Positions 25,301-34,221 of a DNA stretch of 64,000 nt are shown one piece after another. The position numbers and the translations under genes are program-made. The stretch is from positions 31,310,001-31,374,000 of the forward strand of contig NW_025963780.1 in NCBI RefSeq assembly GCF_023055435.1. The letters are read 5' to 3'. How positions within the stretch are numbered: position 1 is the stretch's first letter; each line of letters opens with the position of its first letter. Source of the stretch: Haliotis rufescens. Its lineage: Eukaryota. The notes below the pieces were generated by a model. It saw only the letters and a program-made list of their open reading frames with translations, was not told the origin of the DNA and did no database searches.

Positions 25301-28300
25301 TTTGATATATACATTTTGATATATACATTTTGATATATATATATTCAACGTAATAAGCGCCCCGTTCTAATAAGCGCCCACGGCGATATTTGCTATTGGC
25401 TAGTGAACAATCCCAATTAGCACCCCATTGATCAATGTACACAGGACTTATTTATTTGTGTATAATACGCAGTCGTGTGTTATGTGCACCCTTAATTATG
25501 GGCAATTAAATTCTGGAAAATAATCTGTCATGTATGTTACGCACATACTTTTCTTTTGTATCATTTCAGGGTGTCAGCCTAAACCACGAAACTTACAATC
25601 TTTCAACTCAGGTATATTTCACGCCAAAATTATATTCTAATATGAGTCCCATATTGCTAATTTTTATAGCGCCCCGGGCGCTTATTACGCCGAAAATGGT
25701 ATGTGGCATACAAACATATTATGGAATTCTGTAACTCAGAATTTCAGTTTGGATTTTGTTATTGGACAAATGATATATTTTTAATATCTTTCTGCCGCCA
25801 AAAAGTATTGAAAAAAAACCATCATTACAATAACATTTTGAAATTATGAATTTCATGAATTTCATAAAATGTTTTTATTCCAAATATATATATCAAAATA
25901 CCCTTGTCATATAACTCACATAAGCACACGATAGAGCATCGCGTCAAGTAATCCATTGCCAGAACCTTGCAAAACCATAAGCCAGGTCGCCCATCTAAAT
26001 AATATTCAGCTATGTTTTACCAATCTCAAAACTGAACTGTGTGACTCTGGAAACAAGTGTGCAGTACAGGAGACATATCAGCCATATAACTGCAGCATGG
26101 GAACCTACCTCAGCGAAAGGACAGCACGCGTATTCCTGGTTTGTTCCCTGACAGCAGGTTTTCCCTTTGGGACACATGACCTCCTTGTCTGGACACCACT
26201 CTGTCCCGAAGACCTCGAGGTCCCCCTTCACCGTGTCCGTCCTGATGGGTTGAGGGGTGTGCTCCTCCACCTGCTGATGGACACACCCCCTCCCGCTGGG
26301 GTGACAGCTGGCCCCTTTCTGACAGCAGTGGACACCGTCCGAACAACACACCGCCTGCCGAAAAACATTTATTTCAGTAATTTTAACCAAGAAATGAACT
26401 AAGGCCGTTAGGAGTCAAATGTGTCCGACTCCAACTTGAATTTTGTATGAGCCCTGCCACTGACTGATATTGTAGCAGTGTGGGGAATCAGGGACTTATC
26501 CAAGGTTCTATACTAGGTGCCACTGGTTGGAAAAGTGGGGAATAATTTACAATAACAAGTAGTGATTATTAAAAATTAGTTTGTTGTTTAACACCGCACT
26601 CAGCAATATTCAAACTATATGACTGCGGTCTGTAAAACATCAAGCCTGGACAAGACAATCCAGTGATTGACATCATGAGCATCGATCTAAACTTGGATAC
26701 GATGACATGCATCAACCAAGTCAGCGAGCCTGACCACCCGATCCCGTTAGTCGCCTCTTACCACAAGCATGGGTTGCTGAAGGCCTATTCTACCCCGGGT
26801 CTTCACAGGTCGAGTTTTTAAAAAATATAGTAGGTACCGTACTTATTTTCATAAATGCAGAGGTATTTTATCATTTTCATTTGAGACTTTGAGAAATTTG
26901 GAATAAGCATTAAAATCTTTTATTATTTATTGTCCAGTTATTTGTGACATACTGGTTATCCTTCTAAGCCATAAAAGCAGTTATTGGGTACATAAATCAA
27001 AATGATTTTGGAATTTTTTAATGATATTTGCTGCAGACTTAGGGCCGAAAAAGTCTTGGTAAATGCCTGAGAGTAGATGAGGTGAGGAGAGGTGAAATGG
27101 GGTTTAATGTCGCGTCCAAGATTATTGCACTTATATAGCGACGTGCATGTACGTGAGTGTGTGTGGCTGCTTGTAATAGTCCGGACTGATGCCGATCTTA
27201 CAGTGCTGGCCCACTGAGATACCATGCCGCAGTTTAACATGAATACCCACTCAGACACGGTATACTGACTCCAAGCCGACCAGTCCTTGTTTTGTCCCCT
27301 TAATGTTAATGCTGAGCCCCAGGCAGGGTAACAACAAGAACTATCTATTATAGTCTTTTGGTGTGATACAGGCAGGGATCGTACCCCAACCTTCCATTCT
27401 TCAGGCAGATACTCTACTGAGAGTAGATGACTTGTGTTACCATTGGTGTTGGGGTTGGTTTGTCATGTTTGTAGACGGCCACAAGGTTATAGCACATGTT
27501 GCATGAGAAGTATTGCTGTGATTTGTGATGTGGTCTAAGTATTTAGGGTTTTACCTTGACCTACAAAAGTGATGTGAATAAATATATTTAAGGGTCCTTG
27601 CAGGCAATATGGGGGTCCTGTAAAGTAATGTAATTGTGTAGTGTCTGTATATTAAGATGGGGGTACGGGTGGCCCAGTCATCTAAGGCGCCGCGATTTGC
27701 TGTGCAGAGTTGCGTCCCTTGGGCATGCCAGAAACCTATGATTGTGGTTTCGAATCCCGGTTCACCCTGATTATGTTTCTAGGTTTGTTAGCACCATACC
27801 CATCCTCGTGGGTTTCACCGAAGAGGTAAATGTCTGAGACCTGCATCACTTCGGGCTTTCCTCCCACATTAAGCAGACACACCACGATATAACTGTAATA
27901 CTGTTAAAAGCAGTGTTAAACCCAACTCACTCACTCACTCACTACATTTAGATCATTTTTTTAAAGCCTGGAATGAATCAATGATCAGGTGGACAGTGGT
28001 CATGATTGATTGATGAAATAACAAACACCAAAAATTGTTCTTTATATGCTGCAGGTACAATGAATACTAAATATTGTGTGTCCTTCTGGAAGCAGTATTT
28101 TTTTCTCTGCATTCATTCTCTACATTTGTGCGTAATGACTAGATATGTTGGTGATCAATAGTAAATTCACTGAAAGCAGCCGTATGTATTACTGATGTTA
28201 CACTATGCATGGGCGGCCATTCAGTGAAAAATAGACCAGTTAAAATAAACGTCAAAAGAATGCAAAAATAGTCAAATGTTACAAAGTATTAAATGTTACT

Positions 28301-29726
28301 AATAAAAGTCAAAACACAAAACACATTAGACGTCATAATATGAAAGAAAGAACATTATCTTACTTCCTCGTCAGAATGATGAGATCAACATTCTCAAGTT
28401 AATCTCAGCTCAATCAAACAGCTGTTTTCTATCAGTTTTCAAATTGTTTTAATTCCTTTGGCACATTGAAACATGTCAGTAGGCTTAAGTTGTAGAAGCA
28501 GGAACACGAGGGGTTCATGTGGTTTTATGCATCCCTTGTAGGGTGTCATACCACTTGCCTCCGGCTCCTACAAAACCACTTATCATACATCCATGTCAGA
28601 GTGATGAGATCTGATTGGTCAACATGATCTTGATCAAATACTGTGTAACCCGCCTTGGGAATAACTTTCTCAGATGGGGAATAAATCCCTTATACCCCGC
28701 CACGAGCAATACAGGCTGCACGTAGATTTATAAGAAACAGAATAAATCCCTTATACCCTTCTTCAAAGCAAAAAGCCGAACACTTTCTCTGAGCCAATGT
28801 ATGTCACATAGGGCAACTAACCTCAGCTCAATCAAGCAGCTGTTTTCTATCAATGTGGAATTTATTTGAATTTTTATTTTACAATGTCATATTAAACATG
28901 TTGGTAAGATAAATTCATTGTAGCAGGATCACTCGGGGTACATGGGGTTTTATGCTTCCGGCTCCTGGTATAAAACCTAACGCGGGACTCATAAAACCCC
29001 ATGTACTTGTCATGACACGGCTATTACTTATAATATATACAAGAGAATGTCAGTGTGCACAAAAGGACACCAAATGCTAAAGGACTATGTTGACAATAAA
29101 GTTTTTTGTTTGTTTGTTTGTTTGTTGTTTAACTCCGCACTCAGCAATATTCCAGTAATATGACGGCGGTCTGTAAATAATCGAGTCTGGACCAGACAAT
29201 CCAGTGATTGATATCATGAGCATCGATCCACGCAATTGGGATCGATGACATGCATCAACCAAGTCAGCGAGCCTGACCACCCGATCCCGTTACTCGACTT
29301 TTACGACAAGCATAGTCACCTTTTACGGCAAGCATGGGTTGCTGAAGACCTATTCTACCCCGGACCTTCACGGGTCTGACAACAAAGAACACCAGATTTT
29401 AATGGCTCATTCCACTGTGTGTATGATAAATGCATGCAATAGGCAACACGACAGTGAGGTGCACAATGTATGACGTCATTCCTCGTGTGCGGACCAAATG
29501 TCGGCCTCGGAAGTGAAGATAAATCCCTGAACCAGCTTACATTTTTATAGGGGCAGCATCCAAACTTGTTCTGTGTGGTCTGGCAGCACGTGTTTCCTAC
29601 TGGACACTGGGTTTGGTCTGGACAAGTGAAGTTTTTCAGTACGGGTGCACTGTGTGGTTCAAAGTATAGCGTATCCCCAGCCACCCAGGGTACAGCACAA
29701 CACATCAAGGCCAGCTGTAGTATCAT
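7146..29726 (-). CDS. GRN: Progranulin (granulin precursor), multi-exon; about 1415 aa and 18 granulin domains if all 19 intact coding exons are joined
   Basis: Signal peptide MILQLALMCCAVPWVAG followed by repeated granulin motifs (C..C..CC..CC..CC..CC..C..C). All intact exons have AG/GT boundaries in phase 0. Coding exons: 29541-29726, 26109-26354, 22141-22368, 21523-21750, 20678-20905, 20078-20305, 19020-19247, 18420-18647, 17589-17816, 16971-17198, 16134-16361, 15516-15743, 14458-14685, 13841-14068, 12831-13058, 12231-12458, 10757-10984, 9230-9457, 7146-7313. Confidence 0.93.
7720..9003. repeat. 59-bp (26+33) intronic minisatellite
   Basis: atccatgctcaggtcaagtgagatacatctcaatatgtctgtagcctccagtgagaggc, with local runs of the 26-bp subunit. 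Confidence 0.92.
9230..9457 (-). CDS. GRN: Progranulin repeat exon B9
   Basis: Paralog of B1 with intact AG/GT. Confidence 0.85.
9832..10059 (-). pseudogene. Progranulin pseudo-exon A8
   Basis: In-frame TGT->TGA at 10030-10032 (DHSH*CPE) and donor GT->TT at 9831. Confidence 0.85.
10757..10984 (-). CDS. GRN: Progranulin repeat exon B8 (terminal-exon/B chimera)
   Basis: B-type coding sequence, but its upstream intron (10985-11400) matches the intron upstream of the terminal exon (7314-7740). Confidence 0.85.
11385..12005. repeat. 59-bp intronic minisatellite, second (shorter) array
   Basis: Same unit as 7720-9003, inside the duplicated intron. Confidence 0.92.
12231..12458 (-). CDS. GRN: Progranulin repeat exon B7
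   Basis: Paralog of B1 with intact AG/GT. Confidence 0.88.
12831..13058 (-). CDS. GRN: Progranulin repeat exon A7
   Basis: Paralog of A1 with intact AG/GT. Confidence 0.88.
13841..14068 (-). CDS. GRN: Progranulin repeat exon B6
   Basis: Paralog of B1 with intact AG/GT. Confidence 0.88.
14458..14685 (-). CDS. GRN: Progranulin repeat exon A6
   Basis: Paralog of A1 with intact AG/GT. Confidence 0.88.
15057..15352. repeat. 28-bp intronic minisatellite
   Basis: catagatttacagtgagatgtgtccatc, about 10 copies; 1-5 copies in other repeat introns. Confidence 0.9.
15516..15743 (-). CDS. GRN: Progranulin repeat exon B5
   Basis: Paralog of B1 with intact AG/GT. Confidence 0.88.
16134..16361 (-). CDS. 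GRN: Progranulin repeat exon A5
   Basis: Paralog of A1; donor gttggt. Confidence 0.88.
16971..17198 (-). CDS. GRN: Progranulin repeat exon B4
   Basis: Paralog of B1 with intact AG/GT. Confidence 0.88.
17589..17816 (-). CDS. GRN: Progranulin repeat exon A4
   Basis: Paralog of A1 with intact AG/GT. Confidence 0.88.
18420..18647 (-). CDS. GRN: Progranulin repeat exon B3
   Basis: Paralog of B1 with intact AG/GT. Confidence 0.88.
19020..19247 (-). CDS. GRN: Progranulin repeat exon A3
   Basis: Paralog of A1 with intact AG/GT. Confidence 0.88.
19617..19920. repeat. 28-bp intronic minisatellite
   Basis: Same unit as 15057-15352. Confidence 0.9.
20078..20305 (-). CDS. GRN: Progranulin repeat exon B2
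   Basis: Paralog of B1 with intact AG/GT. Confidence 0.88.
20678..20905 (-). CDS. GRN: Progranulin repeat exon A2
   Basis: Paralog of A1 with intact AG/GT. Confidence 0.88.
21523..21750 (-). CDS. GRN: Progranulin repeat exon B1
   Basis: cag|AVCCSDGAHCCPNGTTCDMPHGKC...MCDPNHFCPGNNTCCKRVNGEWACCPLPQ|gtgat; 228 nt. Confidence 0.9.
22141..22368 (-). CDS. GRN: Progranulin repeat exon A1
   Basis: tag|AVCCSDHTHCCPEGNTCDLVTKTCRMGDVL...[30 protein letters not shown]|gttagt; 228 nt. Confidence 0.9.
22561..23095. mobile_element. Mutator-like MITE, copy 1
   Basis: About 70-bp terminal inverted repeats (catcttcccgagg...cctcaggaagatg) and a perfect 9-bp TSD actgtaatc. Confidence 0.85.
24183..24460 (-). 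mobile_element. SINE family 2
   Basis: Full-length; flanked by tgtagcag. Confidence 0.85.
24468..24860 (+). repeat. Dispersed repeat, inverted partner of 28590-28960
   Basis: Reverse complement aligns along about 350 bp (e.g. gaataaatcccttatacc, aacctcagctcaa, tgtagcaggatcac). Confidence 0.75.
25345..25701. mobile_element. Tc1/mariner-pogo-like MITE remnant nested in an older inverted-repeat element (25291-25907)
   Basis: cgtaataagcgccc / gggcgcttattacg inverted ends; outer acaagggtattttgatatata / tatatatcaaaatacccttgt. Confidence 0.5.
26109..26354 (-). CDS. GRN: Progranulin coding exon 2 (unique C-half/linker/N-half exon)
   Basis: cag|AVCCSDGVHCCQKGASC...WCPDKEVMCPKGKTCCQGTNQEYACCPFAE|gtagg; 246 nt, phase 0-0. 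Confidence 0.92.
26578..26812 (-). mobile_element. SINE family 3 (Meta-domain-like)
   Basis: catgcttgtggtaagaggcgactaacgggatcggg motif; (AAAC)n tail. Confidence 0.78.
27659..27941 (+). mobile_element. SINE family 2
   Basis: gtggcccagtcatctaaggcgc...ttcgaatccc...gctttcctcccaca...(ACTC)n. Confidence 0.88.
28590..28960 (-). repeat. Dispersed repeat, inverted partner of 24468-24860
   Basis: See partner; a partial tandem copy lies at about 28400-28580. Confidence 0.75.
29106..29375 (-). mobile_element. SINE family 3
   Basis: Matches the 55693-55965 copy. Confidence 0.8.
29541..29726 (-). CDS. GRN: Progranulin coding exon 1 (signal peptide + first granulin N-half)
   Basis: ttttcag|ATG acceptor directly before the start codon; ...CPDQTQCPVGNTCCQTTQNKFGCCPYKN|gtaag. 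Confidence 0.92.
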
Positions 29727-30024
29727 CTGAAAACAAAACGTATCATTGTATCACAAAAGAAAAAGATTCCATCATTCTTGTAGTGTTCCTAATATGACTG
29801 GCACTGGCAGTGTTGCACTGAGGCTGTGAGATTGCAGGAATTTACAGTTCTTTCTCAAACGATCCCCAGGAAACAGTTCAAGCTATTACAAGTCAAATTT
29901 CAAAACTCCTTGCATGACAGGACCAATAATATGTTAAAGTTCTAAAAGACAAAAGAAGTTGCTGTTGTATAAAAGTCACTCCAGGGATCGAAATAACCGT
30001 AGACCGACAGCCCGTGGCTAGTGA

Positions 30025-30196
30025 GTGGGTGAGTGAGTGAGTATGGTTTTACGCCGCTTTTAGCAATATTCCAGCAATATCACGGCGTGGAACACCAGGA
30101 ATGGGCTTCACACATTGTACCCATGTCGGGAATCGAACCCGGGTCTTTGGCGTGACGAGCGAACGCTTTAACCACTAGGCTCCCCGACCACCCCCT
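30025..30196 (-). mobile_element. SINE family 1
   Basis: TSD gtggctagtga. Confidence 0.88.
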
Positions 30197-30326
30197 GTGG
30201 CTAGTGAAATTTATGTCGGGCTAATAGAGGCTAGCTGAATTTCTCCCCTTATAACGACACAACAACTGCTCACTTACATCATTTGTTTCATTTTTACATA
30301 GGCGCATTATATTTAAGTCTACTGGT

Positions 30327-30606
30327 GGGAGCAGGGAAGGCCCAGTTGTCTAAGGCACTGCGATTCGCTGTACAGAGTTGCGTCCACTGGACACGCCAGA
30401 AACCTATGATTGTGGGTTTGAATCCTGGTTCACCCTGATTATGTTTCTAGGTTTGTCGGCACCATACCCTAGCTCGTGGGTTTCACTGAAGTGGTAAACG
30501 TCTGAGACCTGCATCACTTTGGGCTTTCCTCCCACATTAAGCTGCCACGCCGTGATATAACTGGAATACTGTTAAAAGCGACGTTAAACCCAACTCACTC
30601 ACTCAC
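30327..30606 (+). mobile_element. SINE family 2
   Basis: TSD taagtctactggt. Confidence 0.9.
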
Positions 30607-30834
30607 TAAGTCTACTGGTACGTCTCATCTTAATTTTCGATAATAAAACGTCTTATGTCTACAGTGAAGACAAGTATTCTGACTGGATGACATGAATCCC
30701 GGATATCATACAGCTATTCAGCAGTGGTGCTTCATAACTTGACCTGGTTATGGCTGCACCTATGTAGGGTAATATAGATTGGTTTTTCTCCTAAATTCAA
30801 GCCACAGGAGGCAAAGAACACCAAAGCTATACAG

Positions 30835-31026
30835 TGAGTGAGTGAGTGAGTGAGTGAGTGAGTGAGTGAGTGAGTGAGTGAGTATGGTTTTATGCCACTT
30901 TTAGCAATATTCCAGCAATATCACAGTGGGGGAAACCATAAATGGGCTTCACACATTGTACCCATCTAACCCGGGTCTTCGGCGTGACGAGCTAACGCTT
31001 TAACCACTAGGCTACCAAACCAGCCC
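30835..31026 (-). mobile_element. SINE family 1 with expanded (GAGT)n tail
   Basis: TSD ccaaagctatacag. Confidence 0.88.
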
Positions 31027-33814
31027 CCAAAGCTATACAGAAAAGTTATACAAAAAGTTAAACGAGAAAGAAAGTGGGGTATAGAGTTTTTTTGGGTGGC
31101 ATTTAGTGAGAAAAATAGGGTATAATAGGAAAATCTGATGGGCAAAATGAAACAGATGATCTGCATAAGATGTGCCGATGTAACAGAGGTTCTAGGCTGT
31201 CTGCAAGGAACTCTGGGTTGGAGAGTGATTCGCTTCATACGACCGAGGAACATTCATACTGTAATCTAGGCTTTGATAAACACTGGCTTTTAATCTAATC
31301 AATTAGTATTTTGTGACTCATCTGTAATAAAGCACACAACTTTTCTCTTCCATGTGTCTCTAGTAAATACCACAACTGTAGCCAGAGTATTCTGCGCAGT
31401 GCTTGCATTGTTGGCTTCACTGTGCGGAGCTCTATTGTATGGTTTAAGAATTGAATCGGGCATGAGCTAAAGGTGTGACTCCACTCTCAGAAATGATTAC
31501 ACACAGAACCGTCGACATACTGTCCCTTTAATCTACCATTAACATAACACCAGGAACTTTGGAGTCATCTACAGTACATTGTCCTTGAACATATTGAAAC
31601 TATGACTGGCATACTCACTCTTTTCTACTCTAGTTGTAATCCAGTACCAGTCATGATAAGGATAATGGCCATAAAAAGATCATTTTAACACTTATTGTCA
31701 AAATGAAATGCAACAAATGTGATGGACAATGTGCTTCTGGAGTTGGGTCCAGACAAAAGGACTTCAACTCTTTATAATCATGATAATTTTTTAATGTGAA
31801 CTTTACATGTCATAGTACTAAAACAGCTTTCCTTTGCACAAATGTTGGTCTCATGACCTTGAAACTGACCTTCAGAAGTGCATGAACAAAAACATTTTGA
31901 CGTTCATCGATTTTTCACGAGTCTCTATTCTTGAACGACATCACCACTGATGGACTACTTCCACATTCCTTGCGAAAACCGGGGAATTTGCTTGCACAAA
32001 TAAATGGAGAAGCGTTGTTTCTAATCATTTAGACTGTTTTATCTTGAGTTCTGCGTTTGCGTATACATTGAGAAACGTCAGAGAGTTTGACTGCATGATA
32101 GTACATGAATATCCTCAATAAGATCCAAACTAGTGAACAAAATGAAGAAATGCACATCTAAACTGTCAATGTATCGAATTAATCCGTATCTAGAGTGACA
32201 ACTGGCCCTTGTCACAATCAGGGGTCATATTTTTTAGACAAGCTTGTTATTAGGACCTATTTGCATACTTACAGGACGAAAAGAAGGTCATATGTATACT
32301 TTTGCATTTTGCAGTTGTACTGTCTTGACATGACATTAAGTACTTTCATCTTTCCATTTCGTTTTAGATTTTTTAGCCACGGCAATGGCCGCATAACGTG
32401 AATTTTCAATGTTATATTTTGCAGTCTAAATTTTCACTAACTTTGATTGCCAGGATTCAAACATGCTACTACATTAGCAGAAAAGAGTAGCATTCTCTCC
32501 TCAACTAAAGGCATATCTCGATGTTTTATCTGAAAATTTGGCAAGTTGACACTTACTCACAAAAAAATATGCTTGTTATCATGGTTATATCTTCTTGAAC
32601 TTTACGTACGGTTTTGTACTACTCATGTGTCAACAAATTGTGCTTAAGTATTGCTGTTGGTGGGGGGGGGGGGCGGGGCGGGGGGGGTTTAAACATTCGG
32701 AATACCAACTTTGTAAAAAGTGGCATGCTTAAACATGAAGACAAGCATACAAAATAGAACTGTCTATATTACTGTATATTGAAGGTATAAAAGAGTGTTA
32801 TGAAAATTATAAGAATTGACTTTCACTTTCACCTCTATGACAGTTCATACCCCAAAACTCACACAAAGTGAACGTCAGTTTTTAAAGATGCAAAGACCAA
32901 AATATCTGAAACAAGAACTGCATGCCCCTTGGCCCGAGCCTAGCGCCTCCCAAGTGCTTTATTTCCCGATACACGTATCTGCCCACAGCCATTTTCCAAG
33001 AACAGCTAAAGTTGTATTAATCACCATGATCATGTTGGGTTGAGTCTCCAGACTCGCTCAACTTCCTGTGGCGTGTGTGGGATCGGCAGTCACTAAGGTC
33101 ACATGGATTTATATTGGTACTACATATATAGTAACATGATATTGCTTGGTGACATGACAATTCACAGAAAGGTATACATCGAGAATTCCAGGAATTATCA
33201 ACTTAATCCAGTCAGCATCACATGTTCAGTGTAAAAAAAACCCCAATAAAATCATCTACGTTAGGTATTCCAATGAGGAAATTAAAGTACAGATATTCTG
33301 AATAACAGAAACAATAAAAAACATCATACTGAGTAACCTGAAATTTTAAGTTATGTAACCTTATGTGAATTAATCTGTTGCTAATCTCCTAATACACGAA
33401 TCCTTTTAAAACGAAACTAGACGTGAAACAAGGAAGTGTTTCTGCGTAAACAAATACACCTGGTGTTCTTGGGGGATACCCGGAGAAACATTACCCTGAA
33501 TGTCATGTGATAATGAAAATACGTGAAATTGAGAAAATATATATAATATTATCATAAGTACTTTTTCCAAATGCACAATGGAAACAAATCTATGAAAATG
33601 TCTTAAGAAACTCAAGCCCACTAAGATTAGTTGGCCAAAACGTTTTGCCCAAATTCGAAATGTCTGAGTGCTGAAACGCGGTTGTCTGGTTTTATAACCA
33701 GCTTGACGCTAGACAAGATTATTATTTACCCTATCAGAGGACTCGCAGGTTTACATGCACCCCTGAAATAAGCGTTATCTATTGTTACCGCACGGGGTGA
33801 TGCTTCAGAGCGTC

Positions 33815-33850
33815 CTTACCTTGCTGCTGTTCAGCTTGTATCACCAGCAT
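33815..33850 (-). other. Putative non-coding first exon / splice donor of progranulin
   Basis: The ATG exon starts at an acceptor, so an upstream exon is required. A strong donor (CAAG|gtaag) lies at 33820/33819 next to the promoter motifs. Confidence 0.5.
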
Positions 33851-34092
33851 TCATGTGACACTAATCACATGACTTGCTAAAAATAGATCGTCATGTGACT
33901 TCTCCATTTCGCTTGCAGCATACATATTTAGTTCAAGCTTTGTTTTACAGAAATCAACCAAATCATTTTATAACATTAAGTATGATCTTTGATATTCTTT
34001 TTTTTAAAAAGATGTGTTTTAATAGTTTAATTGTGTCTATATAACTTTATTTTGGTTATATAGGGCTTGACCTATGACCTTCTAAAGATGGC
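33851..34092. promoter_or_regulatory. Putative bidirectional GRN/TMEM19 promoter
   Basis: TCATGTGAC 33851, TCACATGAC 33865, GTCATGTGAC 33890 (M-box/CLEAR-like); CTAAAAATAG 33877 (MEF2); TGACCTATGACCT 34068 (DR1); AAGATGGC 34085 (YY1-like). Confidence 0.55.
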
Positions 34093-34133
34093 TGACTTAT
34101 GTTGTTGACGGTTGACTTGAGAAGTATAATGTC

Positions 34134-34221
34134 ATGTTCCTGTCGTTATCACTGGCTGTTGTTATTCCCGCTAGCCTAATGTTTTGGTTAATCAGTCTGT
34201 TTTATCAGACAATCAACAGAG
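34134..34221 (+). CDS. TMEM19: TMEM19 exon 1
   Basis: MFLSLSLAVVIPASLMFWLISLFYQTINR then G|gttggt; hydrophobic and in frame with exon 2. Confidence 0.75.
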
